64,000 nucleotides of DNA, taken from assembly GCA_002104945.1 (NCBI GenBank), contig MCFH01000008.1, positions 930,001 to 994,000 on the forward strand. The letters are read 5' to 3'. Of this stretch, positions 1 to 22,438 are shown in pieces (the first letter of the stretch is position 1; the number at the start of each line of letters is the position of its first letter). The translations under genes were made by a program, and so were the position numbers. Under the pieces are notes generated by a model that saw only the letters and a list, made by a program, of their open reading frames with translations, searched no databases and was not told the origin of the DNA. Origin of the DNA: Piromyces finnis finn (Eukaryota > Fungi > Neocallimastigomycota).

Positions 1-20
1 ATATATATAATAATAGATAC

Positions 21-644
21 AACTTTATTAAAATATTTATTATATATTTTAATAAATGTTTTATTATCGAAATTTATAAAAACCTCGCACAATTCTTCGA
101 TATCTTTTATAATAGTTTTTAAAACATAACTTCCAATATTTAATGAACTATGAAGAACAAAAAGATACTGTTTTTTATCATTTATATAAAAAAATATATT
201 GATACTTTTACTCTTTTATACTCTATTCTCTTACTGTAAAAACATTAATTATAATTGCCTTTTATAATAAATATTATTTTATATTACATTTCCAACTTCT
301 CTAAATAATATTTTACTATCTGATGTTATAACTTCTTTAATATTTTCTTCAAACAACGATTGACAAAAATTTGATGTTGATGATGAAAATCCAAGAAAAA
401 GACTTATATTGAATAGTCAAATTATAATTATTAATATTGCTATTTTAATATTACTAATCAAATAATCGAATATATATTTGCATACTTTTCATCTAATTTC
501 TTTCCAGATACTAAAATATATATAATAATAAAATAATATTAAAATAAATAATTATTTTCTATTTTAATTTTTAAAAAATAAATAATTACTATTTTTTGAA
601 AGTAAAACTTTTCCAGCTTTGTTAATAATATAAAAATTTTCCAT
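21..644 (-). CDS. Partial spliced gene, 3' end off the left edge; N-terminus resembles a longin/roadblock-type trafficking domain
   Basis: Manual splicing with GT-AG introns of exons 644-590, 510-486, 402-288 and 167-21 gives an open frame: MENFYIINKAGKVLLSKNISGKKLDENLFLGFSSSTSNFCQSLFEENIKEVITSDSKILFREVGNYLFVLHSS...YFNKV. A further GT donor follows at 20-19. The beta-hairpin/helix/beta pattern resembles longin domains; the fold assignment is an inference. Not in the ORF track. Confidence 0.6.
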
Positions 645-836
645 ATTTTTTTTTTTAGAAATAATTTGGAATTTAGTATTTTTTTATTTTTACTTTTATT
701 ACTTATATGAATTATATATATTTAAATAATCATTAAAAACTCAAAGAATTAATTATTAAAATAATTATTTTTATTAAATATACTATATTAAAATAAAATA
801 TAAATACACAAAAGAAATTCTGAGTTTAAATATGTT

Positions 837-871
<35 letters not shown>

Positions 872-1185
872 AAATTTTGTGAAACAAGTATAATTACTTA
901 AAGTTTATATATTGTTTATTTAATAATAATATACAAGCTATTTTAATAAAAATTTTTTATTTTTATCTACATACACTTCACATAATTAATAATAATTATA
1001 TGAACAATTTTTTAAATATTTTTATATATATTTAATTTTATTAGTGTTGAAAAAATTAAAGAATAATATATATGAATAAATAATTTAGTAAAGTATTATA
1101 ACTCTTTAATAAACGTTTAAATGTTTAGATATAAACATAGAATAAATTATGTATATTACTTTTTTTATCTTATATTAATTTATTT

Positions 1186-2554
<1,369 letters not shown>

Positions 2555-2787
2555 TTGTTGTTTATCTTCTTTTTTACAAATATATAAAAATAGAGGTTTG
2601 CTTCAATTTTTTTTTTTTAAATCTATAATAAATTAAAAAATTATTAATATTTTTTTTTTAAACTTTTAATAAATGTATTATACATTTTTTATATATAATT
2701 AAAATAAAATACATATAAAAAATTCAAAATATTAAATTAATATTAATTGGATTTTTATATATAAAAAATAAATAATATATATATATA

Positions 2788-2996
<209 letters not shown>

Positions 2997-3294
2997 TTTT
3001 CATATATGTAAAAAATAATAATATTGAAAAAAAATAATGCTAGCTATATAGATATAGAAATTACATTATTCCACTATTAATATTATTATAATAAACATTA
3101 TCAGTATTATCATTGTTATTATAGTAATAATAAAATAATAGAATGCTTATTAAATAATAAATAATATAATAATATATATCTTTAAAATAAATATTTATAT
3201 TTATTTTAATCACATATATATTATTGCTTATGTATGTATAAATTACATAAATATATGTTAGTATTTATTTTATATTTAAAGAATTTTGTATTTG

Positions 3295-3437
3295 CACATG
3301 TTATAATAATTGGTTTTTAACAAATTGTAGAAAGCTTATCATATATTTATAAGGAGACACGTTTATTTTATTTAAAAATACATAAATATATGTAGATATA
3401 TATTATAGATTTCAAAATATTATTTTATCTGCACGTG
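3295..3437. promoter_or_regulatory. Cluster of E-box-like sites upstream of the bHLH gene
   Basis: CACATG at 3295-3300, CACGTT at 3358-3363 and CACGTG at 3432-3437, in otherwise nearly pure AT DNA. Function is inferred. Confidence 0.35.
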
Positions 3438-3938
3438 TAATAATTATTGGTCAATATTTTGTAGCTAAAACCAATATTAATAACCATAAATACAGAAACT
3501 ATAGTTTGGAACATTTAAAATAATGCTATGTATAAATTAAATAAAGTTTAGTAATATAATATATTACTTTTTAATATATTGAAATATATTATTTTATCAA
3601 TATGAAGTTTTTAAATGAAAATTTAAATTTCTTCATTTATTAAATTATATAACTTTAAAAATTAGATACATTAGAATTCAAAGAATTGTATAATATTATA
3701 TTAATATTATTTTTTTAATAATTTATAAAATTTTATATAAAAAGAATTTTATTTTTAAATATTCTTTTTAAAATTATCAATAATTAAATGTAGAATATAA
3801 TTATATAATAACATATACCTTTTTTTTTTTTTTTATTAAGACGATTATTTAAAACCAATATTATATAATGAATATAAATTAATTCTTTTTTTTTACTAAA
3901 GAAATAAAAATCTAACATTTTATTTAAACCTTTAAAAA

Positions 3939-6900
3939 ATGAATTCCAAAAATATTACAAACTTACATAATTTACATTCATTTATTAATACTCATAAACA
4001 ATCTTTTTTATCTTCAATTACTGATTCTAATTCAATAAATAAGACGAATACAACAAACATTTTATTAAATTCAAATAAAGAAATTTTCACTTCACCAATT
4101 ATTTCTTTTCCCAATGTAAACCGAAATAATGCTATATCAACACCAACCCATTCTTTAATTAATGAAGCAAATTCAAACATTACTATACCACCTTCTGATA
4201 TAGATAACATTCAATCTGTATTTAGACTACCAGAACCTTATGTTTCAAAAGATATATTAACTAATTCCGATTTTCAAGAATCAAATACAAATAATGTTAG
4301 AAAAAAATATATCTTGGATTCAAATGTAACAAAAATTCCTTCTACATTAGTAAGCCAACTTAAAACAAATATAAAAAAAGATAATATTATATTTGATAAT
4401 TTATCTATTAATGAAAACAATGAAATAATAAAAAAAGATGAAGTAAATGTTTTTACATAAATTATATTATTAAAAATTAATTATATACATATAATATGAG
4501 AACAACATTAATCTATAAATATTAACTTCTGTCATACTTATTAAATTATATATAGTTAAAAATTAAATTAATAATAAATATTATTTAATAAATATAACTT
4601 ATTAATAATATATATTAATTATAATTTTCTTAAATACATTATATTTAAAATTCAGTCTTTTTTAATACAATCATTAATCTCCCCATCCATATCCCCAAAT
4701 ATTATATACCAAAACATTAATTCAAAAAATAATGAAAAGTTCAATCCTTTAACTTCTCCTGTTATTGTTCCAGAATATAATAAAAATGAATCATATTCAA
4801 TATCAAAAGTATCCCAAAAAGTATCTAATTTACACACTTTACCAAGTTCATCGATTAACTCTTCACCAACATTTATTTCCTCAATATCTAAAAACCACAA
4901 TTTGCCTGGCTCTATAATGCCAATAACAACTATATCATCCCACACTAGTTACGTTAATGAAAATAAAAATAGTCATAATATTCTTGACAAAGTAAATACT
5001 TTATCTCATTCTAAACCAAATAAAAGTAATAATATTTCATTAGCTTCGCCATTTATACTTTCAAATAATAACAATAGTAGTAATAGTAATAAAGAACATG
5101 CCAATAATTCCTTTAGTCCTTTAGTTGGACCTATGCTTACTGATTCCATTTGTTTTGAATCATCGCCCACCACTAAATCAATTTCTCAATCTATACTTCC
5201 AATCACACCGTCTGTTTTAATGCATTTAGATAATCATCGAACATCATCATTAATACATAATCCTAATATTAATAGCACGAATAATTCTAAAACAATAAAA
5301 CAAGCACAACCTACTAATGTTGATCTTATTGATATTAATATTAATAATATGAAAAGGATGCTTAATGAAAGTTCATTCAATTTTGCATTATCTGAAATGA
5401 ATGTTAATTCCAATATCAATTCAATAAATAATATTAATTCATCATTAAACAGTAGTAATTTAAAATCAAATAAGAAAAATGATGCCGTTACAACTCCTAT
5501 ATTTATGAATTATATTATAGAAAATAATAATGCTTCAAAAATGAATGTTCAATCACATCATAATATTGAAGATAAAGCTATTGATAGTCAAAATAAAATA
5601 ATAGAAAACAATTCACTGTTGACGCCCTTAATCTTAGATGGCAGTGAGATTGATTTTGACAAACAAGTTTATTCATCACTAAATAATAATACACTATTAT
5701 TAGGTAGCAATCAAAGTAATGATATCTCAATTACAGCCACAGATGCAACTAGAGAGTCAAATAAAATAAATAATCTAAACACTCCAATTTCAGTTTCAAC
5801 AATTTTCAATAATTATAATTCTAGACATGGACCTGAAACCGAAGTAATAAAACCAATAAAGACTTCTGATAAAAATCAGATCACAGAAGCAATTGATAAA
5901 TTAATATCATCCAATAAAAAATTTCATGAAAATAGTAATATTAATCAAAAGATTAGCACATCTAATGATAAATTGTTAAATGTCCCAAATATTATCATTG
6001 AAAATGCAAATGATATTTCCAATTATTTAAAAGTAAATACAATAAGTTTAAATTCATCTCAATCACCAATATCATCCTCGATCATATCACCTAAAGGACC
6101 TACAAATAGAAAATTACCTTCAGAAATTATTGAAAATGTATCTCATCAAATTTCACCAAGTATTTTTCCGAGTGATCCTCTCTCATCTGATAGTATAAAT
6201 AGCAATAGCAATAAAAAAGAAAAATTAAATAAAAAAGATAGTATAGGGCAAGATAATAATAGTAGTAGTAAAAAACTTATAGAAAACACAATATCTATCA
6301 CCACAGGTAATTCTAACACAAAATCATTACCTAATATCGATAAAATGACTACAGAGATTAAAGATTTTATTTCTCCTTCCACTAATAATTTGACAATTAA
6401 TTTATCTTCTTTACTACAATCAGACTCAATGGAAGTAGAAGCTTCATTTGAAAGTTTACCACCTCCTACTATAGCCTCTAATATTAATGTCAATCAAGAT
6501 AATGATAACATTCCAAATTTTTCTATTATAGCAACTCCAAAATCTGAAAATAATTTATTCGGACCATCAAATCCACCATCTATAATTCCTTCTACTACTT
6601 CATCTACTGTTATAACTTCAGTAAATAAGGGCCCTAATAAATTGAAACCTGTCAAAGCATCAAAAATAAATAAAACGATTTCAAATTCACGTATAACTCC
6701 TCTTCTTCCTAATAAAATCACTTCTATGGATGATGCATTAAAGTTAGCATCAAAAAGTAACTATCAGAATGTTTTAAGAGGTGAAACAACATCGCTAGGC
6801 TTAAATCCTAATTTGATTTCTGGTATTGAAGTACGTAAAATGAATCATAAAAATGCTGAACAAAAAAGAAGAGATTCATTGAAACAAGGTTTTGAAAATT

Positions 6901-7421
6901 TAAAAGTTGTTATACCGTCAATATTCGATAAAAATCCTAGTAAAATTATGATTATTACACGTTCCTACGAATACATCTGTATGCTTCAAGAAGAAATGAG
7001 AGTCATGAAATTGAAAGAAAAATTATATCTTGAAAAGTTAAAATCAGAAGGTGTTAATTTAGATGACTTTATGAAAGAACTTGAAAAAGAAATTTCTAGA
7101 GAGATGAAAGAAGAAAAAAAGTCTTTACCAAAAACCAAAAATATCATTAATTCTAATGTTAAAAATTTAAATAATACAAGTAAAAACACTAATTTTAGTA
7201 ATTCTAATTCAAATAGTCAGCCCACAGAAGATAATAAAAATAATAAAATTGAAGCTGCTACTAAAGTCACATCAAGCAAAAGAAAATTAACTCTGAAAAC
7301 CAAATATAATAAAAATTCTACTTCAATAGAACCAGAATCAAAGAAATCCAAAATTATAGATACTAACAAAACAAAAACAAAAACTAATAATATAGATATA
7401 ATGCCAGTAACTTATGCTTAA
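3939..7421 (+). CDS. bHLH-leucine zipper transcription factor (Myc/Max/Mlx/Pho4-type basic region) with a long low-complexity N-terminus
   Basis: Exon 3939-4442, GT-AG intron 4443-4655, exon 4656-7421 (in frame with ORF 4902). The bHLH is RKMNHKNAEQKRRDSLKQGFENLKVVIP...SKIMIITRSYEYICMLQEE, followed by a coiled coil. Confidence 0.9.
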
Positions 7422-8818
7422 AATTTTAAACATAAAATGCATTAACATATAATTAATTTAAATATTTAATATACATATATATATATATATAATTTATTTT
7501 TGTTTTACTTTTCATTTATTATTATTTATCAATAATATAAATAACAATAATTTAAAATGATTTAAACTAAATTGTTAACTATATATATTATTTTTCTTTT
7601 TCAAATATGAAAAAGAAAAATATTAAATCTACAACTCCAATAAAATGAATATTCTAAATTTATCAGTATTTATTAATTACTTTATGATATTTTCTAATAA
7701 ACCATTTTTATTTTTATTTTTAAAAAAAATCATAAAAATCTAACCAATAGCATATAAAAAAATTACAATAAATAATGAAATATAATACAAAATCATAAAT
7801 GATATTTATTTAATTTATAGTTTTTATTATTATTATTACTTTGTGTTTTTTCTGTTTTATATTAAAACAATTAAATATCCTATAATGCGATAATTAAAGC
7901 TTTGACTATTAAATAAAAATATATGCTTGAAAAGTATAAATATTTATATATATACTTCAGAATTATTATTTAACATTTATAAAATAAAAGGTTAATTAAA
8001 ACAACAATATTTTTTAATTAACCTTTTAATCAACTTAATTCTTAAAATATGATTTAATTGAAATTTTTAATATCATCCATTATAAAATTAATTAAATCTT
8101 TTATTCTGAAAGTTTAATATTATTTGGAAAACTATATATTTTTAATATTTTAATTATTAATTATATATAATATATAAAAAATATTATTCATTATATACTG
8201 AATCATTTAATATATAATTTTTTTTTAAAGGTTTAAACCTTTTTCTTTAAAGAATTACTAAATATTATTCACTAATTGAGGAAATATTCTATTATTAATT
8301 AATGATATTGATGATAAATATTTTCTAAACACACAATTATGATATTTATTATTACTTATTTTCATATTTAAGCATCAATTTAAAAGTCTTTTTTTGTTTA
8401 TATATATAAATGAAATATAATACTATTATTTTATTTCAATAATAAATGAAGTATTTAGTTAATAAAAGAAAATTAGATCTAATACTAGTAAAATTAATAT
8501 TTACAAAGACCAAAGTTACTATATTTCTTCATTATAATGTAATATTTAATTGTACTTTATTTAATTTTTATATTAATTGAAAGTATTATAAAATAAATAA
8601 TAAATTTTAAAAAGATAGAAAATCAATATTATATATATTGATATTTTTGATGGTGTTGTTGTTTGCTTGCTTCTCTTTAACTTATATATTAATATTTACT
8701 ATAAATTTTGAGAATATTTAATTGTTATTTTTAAATATATATATATACATATATATTATATGATTAATTTTTAATTTTTATTTACATATTTATATCTGAA
8801 ATAAATATAAATATATTA

Positions 8819-8825
8819 ATAATAA

Positions 8826-8864
<39 letters not shown>

Positions 8865-8866
8865 AA
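8819..8866. repeat. (AAAT)n tetranucleotide microsatellite
   Basis: Directly visible, about 11-12 units. Confidence 0.9.
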
Positions 8867-9049
8867 ATAAACATTTTATATAACAATGAACCATAAATAA
8901 ATGAATGAATTAAAAAAAAAAAAGAAAAAAGAAAAAAAGAGGTATAGGTTATTTTCATTATATTTTAATATACAATAAAATAGGAAAAAAAATTTTTTTT
9001 TCAAACTCTTAAAGCATATATGCATATATATATCTATATTTATAATGTC

Positions 9050-12000
9050 TTAGAAAAAATCTTTAATAGCAAGTTTTCTAGTACCATCTTTTACAGAAGT
9101 TTCTGCCTCACTAATCATTTCACGAAATTTTGATAAAAAAGGTATAGCTGCTACATAGCTCTTTGATGATCTTTCTAATAAACTTTCATAAAATTTAATC
9201 ATTTGATGATCTTCTTCTTTACAATAGTTTACATACCATATCAAATAAATAACACCAATTTGATAGAAAGACCAACATAATACAAAATTAAAAGTCATAG
9301 TAGGACCTAAATATTTAAGTAATTCTTTAATTTTTTTGGTATTTGTTTTTGCAATTGAATAACACTCATTTAAGTTCCTCATAGAATTATTTAAATCATC
9401 ATCCTCAAACTTTTGTTCATCAGATGTATCGTATTTTAAATCTACAAATAAGTCTATATTATCTATTGTGTTTTTTGGCTTAGGTATATCAATAATTCCT
9501 TTTAAAAATTCACTGTAATTTGTACTTTCCGTCTCACAAGACTTTTGTATATAGATTGGCTCTACATTGGTATCTAATAATTTATTAAATTTTGTAGAAT
9601 TGTGAAGTGATTGCTTATCAATATAATCAATAAAATTATCATCTGGTGATTGGATATTATTATTACTGGTTTCTAAAAATGTCAAACTATCAAATACTTT
9701 CTTCTCATAATTATTCTTTGTTTTAAATGGATCTATATTTATAAACATTTCCTTTTTCTTTTCCATATTAATAGCGCTTGAGGAACTATTTGATCTAGAA
9801 CGTTTAGCTGATGATACCAATTTGTTAATATCATTTGGTTCAGAATTTAATATTCTTTGACTATAGCTTCTTTTTAAAGTACTTTTATAATAATTATTTT
9901 GTTCTTTCGAACAATCACTTGGATTTGGTATTGATTTAATATCATTAACATTTGTTGAAGTAAATTTAAATTTCAAGTTATTGCCCTTTAAACTTGTATC
10001 AATATTTTTATCGATATAAATACCAGAAACATCTAATGTTTCCATATAACGAGTGTTATAATCAACTACTAATAATTCCTCCGGCTTTTTTTTGAAATAA
10101 AGATAATTATTGATTTTAAATGATAAAGGAATAATACTACTTTTTATAGTATTTATTTTAAGTATATTTTCGGAAGAATTAGCACGATATTTTTCATCTT
10201 AATATTAAAAAAATAAATATATAAATATATAGATATTTTAATAATACTTTAATATTAAATATTCAAAATAAATTATGTAATTTAATAAATATAAAATAAA
10301 TATAAATATATAAATAATTAAAAAGTATTTCAATAAAATACATTACCTTTTGTGGATTTAATTTCAATGTCTTTTCTATTAAAATTTGTTCTCTTATTTT
10401 TTAAGATATCATAAGCCTTTTTTAAAAAATAGTCATATTTTATTTTCCCTGATTTTTTATGTTTAAAACCATCAATTTCTTCAAATTCATAAGGATATGA
10501 TTGATATTTTTTATCATCGTTCAAATCACTTTGAATATCTACATTTTCTTCTGACATAGGGTCTTTATCTAATTTTAAAAATATACTTATTAATTTTTCT
10601 AGATAATGGTTTTTACGATTAGTAGTAATAACTGACGTTGGTTTGTGTCTATAATAAATTATTTTTAAAGTGGAAAAAATTATATCAAAATGAATACTGC
10701 CTATAATTTCCCCTATTGAAGTGTTTTCAATATTATCACTTTTTTGATAATTAAACTCAGGTTCAAGTAATTTAAACCAATAATCAATTTCTTTTTCTAC
10801 TAAATCAACTTCTTCTAATCTAGAATTCCTTCTTCTAACATATTGAATTACTTTTTGTAATAAATTTGCTAAAATAATTTGAAAAAGCAAATTAAAATAA
10901 CTTCTTTTAGGTTTGAAATTAAACAAAATTGATTTTATTGTAGGTGAACATAAAAAGCTATATAAATCATATCTATATGAACGGCCGGTAATAACGCTTA
11001 ATAACATATCTTTGGATATAACATACCAAAATGTAAACTTTCTTTCTTCATTATATATTTCACTTAAGTTTTTATCTTCTTCATCTAACTTTAATAAATA
11101 TGCCATTCTTAATGCAATACCAAACAATATCCAACTAAAATTACTACCACAAGCTTTTTTGATCATATTTTATGTTAATTATAAATTTAGAAGTTTTTAT
11201 TATTATTTGCAATAAAAAAATTTAAAGATATTGTAGAATAATAAATTTATTATTTAAAAGGATATTATTATTATTATTTATAGTGATATTTATGAAAATA
11301 ATAGTTTTATAATTAATAATAGCAAAATTAAATAATAATAATAATAATAATAATAATTTCACTAATAATAAAAAAAATTATTTAATAAAAAAAAATATAT
11401 AATTACTGCAATTAGCCAACAATGATATTGCCTGAATTGATTGAATATCTGATGAATGATAATAAATACTACAATAAATATGTGATAGTCTTAAATATTT
11501 TTTTGATGCATTATAGTCAGGATTTGGTCTAAATATTAATGCTGAAGCATATACTGCTAATAATAATCCTGGTAATATTGTATTTTTCTTTATTCTATCC
11601 AAAAAAACCTCTTTTACTAACATTGGAAAGTGACTATGAGAATATTCAAAGTATGATTCAATTAAATCATAATTAACTGTAACTATATTGTAATTACAAG
11701 AACTAAGATTAATATTTATCATTGAGCAACCAATGTTTTCCGCTTTATTCACCGTACTAGCTATTAAAACTTTATTTTTATTAATTTTAGATAACTTGGA
11801 TAGAAATTCTTCCCTCTTCTCATTTTCTGAATTTAAAAATGTATTTCCTTCAAAATTTACATTATTATTTAAATTACTATTTTCTACATTCTCTTCTTTT
11901 TTATCTTCTCCTTCTATATAACATTTTAATATTTCGCTTGATTTAAACATATCTACATTGTTTTTAGCTAAAATTGAGATATCTTTTTTTGATATTAAAC

Positions 12001-12502
12001 CTTCTGAAACATACTTTTCAAATAATTTCTGAACTCTAGTAGAAACAATTTCTTCAATATAACCAGATCTAGGACCTTTATTTATAATAAAATTAAACAT
12101 TGCATTGTATATTATTTAATATTATTATATAAAAATAAAATATGTAAAATATGTACCCCTTTTTTTTGTTACAGCATTATAAACACATGTAATGTTTAAT
12201 TGGCGACAACTATCACAAGTTGGTCTTCCACCGGAACATTTTACTCTTTTCTCTCTACAACTATTAATAAAAAGGGGGAGTGAAGAATATTAAAATATAA
12301 ATATATTTGAATTTAAAAAAAAAAGAGATTTTAAGAATAAATAAAACAAAATAAAACAAAAGTGAAAGATATGGAAATATTATAAAAAAAAATAAATAAA
12401 TAAAAATCTTTATATATATATGATGATAATTGAAAACGAATTATATTACTTTTCGCATGCTTGAGTTACTTTTCTTCTTACTTTTTTTTTTGATTTATCC
12501 AT
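9050..12502 (-). CDS. Zn(II)2Cys6 transcription factor with a fungal-specific middle-homology (Fungal_trans-like) domain
   Basis: Exons 12502-12450, 12260-12157, 12075-11407, 11153-10347 and 10197-9050. The spliced N-terminus is MDKSKKKVRRKVTQACENCREKRVKCSGGRPTCDSCRQLNITCVYNAVTKKRGPRSG (canonical C-x2-C-x6-C-x6-C-x2-C-x6-C). The middle region has YFEYSHSHFPML, LLLAVYASA and EERKFTFW. Confidence 0.92.
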
Positions 12503-12699
12503 CTTTTTATTTTATCTCATATGTTATATATTATGTTGTATAAAGTATTTTTTATTTAATTTATAAACAAATAAAACAATAATAATAAGATAATAATTAA
12601 TTAATTAAAACAAAAGATATTTTCAATATAAAATGTAATCTTTTATTATTTATTATTATTTAATATTACAAATTTAATTAGAAATGATTTATTATTATT

Positions 12700-12796
12700 G
12701 TTGTATTTATTATTATTATTATTGTATTTATTATTGTTGTTATTGTTGTATTTATTATTATTATTATTATGTTTATTATGTTTATTATGTTTATAT
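12700..12796. repeat. Degenerate (TAT/TGT)n low-complexity tract
   Basis: Directly visible. It generates the spurious Tyr/Cys ORF 12684..12908. Confidence 0.85.
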
Positions 12797-13246
12797 TTCA
12801 AGAATATATAATTATTTTAAAGCTACTTTCTTATTTTTATACTCTTTATATCAAAAATTTAAAACATTTATAATTTTTTTATTAAAAAAAATATTACTTT
12901 CCATATAATAGGTTTATTAAAAAATAAATAAATAATTGATTAATGTAAATTAAAATAATAAATGGATTATTAAGCAAATAATAATTTTTATTTTACCATT
13001 AGAATATATATATAAAACAAGGTTTATAAAGAATTTACCAAAAAATATATAATACTAATTCAAAATTAAATTTTAATAAATGCCAATAAAAAAACTTTAA
13101 AATTTACCAAGAGTTAAGCTTTTAAAAAATGAAAATACAGTAGTAAAGTAAATAAGTATTTAGTTTATAATAATTTTTTTTCTTTTTTTATATATATTGA
13201 AAATAGTAATTATATTTAATTATTATAATTTATTTAAAAGCATAAT

Positions 13247-13284
<38 letters not shown>

Positions 13285-13907
13285 ACGGCATCAACTATTT
13301 TAAACTTTATTATTAATTTAATTAAAATTATAATACATGTAATAAAAAAATTAAAATTAAAATAAAAATAAAAAAAAAATGTTTAATTAAACACAAATGA
13401 ATAAAAATTGGGTATAATGTATTCTAGTAATTTTAATTAAAATAAGAAAGCCACTATCAATTTATATTTGTAGTTTTATTAAATATATCAAATTTTTAAA
13501 AAAAATATTAATATAAAAGATATTTTAAACTTGATAATTCTATAAATTAAATATGATAATAAATTAAATATGAGTTTTTATTAATAAAGAATTATTACCT
13601 ATATATAACAATTTTAAAAAATAAAATATGTAATTGAGTAAAAGAAGATTTAAAATTTTAAATTTAAATTGATCTATATTAATATATGATTGGTTATTTA
13701 ATTAAAAAAATATTTAGAAATAGTTTTTTTTTTTTTTTTTTAATTCTAGTACAATTTTTGTGATTTATATTATATTTTAATAATCATTTGAACATTTTCG
13801 TAAAAATAAGAAAATGTTGGATAATATTATTTATAATTCTATTATTAAAGTATGTAAATAAAATAAAAATCATTTATATAATATCATTAATACTTATCTT
13901 TTCTAAA

Positions 13908-22141
<8,234 letters not shown>

Positions 22142-22438
22142 TGAAATGTTATAAAAGATTTAGTATTATTTAATATGTATTAATATATATAACTTGAATT
22201 TGATGCATTTTATATTAATAAATAAATAATATATAAAAAGATATGAGAATAAATAAAAATAAAATAGTAATACATTATTATATTATTTATATTATTTAGT
22301 TATTTATTTATTATTAATATTAATTTGGAAATCTTCATTTACAATAATTATTACAGATATTTTATTAAAATTTTTATTTTTAAAAAAAATTTTTAATGGA
22401 ATAATTTTAATAGCATAATTCTAAATTATTTAATAATG

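Noticed and set aside
3992-7189. Short antisense ORFs opposite the bHLH gene (and similar ones opposite the TF, TTLL, NUP85, malic enzyme, RT and KH genes)
   Set aside because: They are shadows of real coding strands with no independent motifs or splice support.
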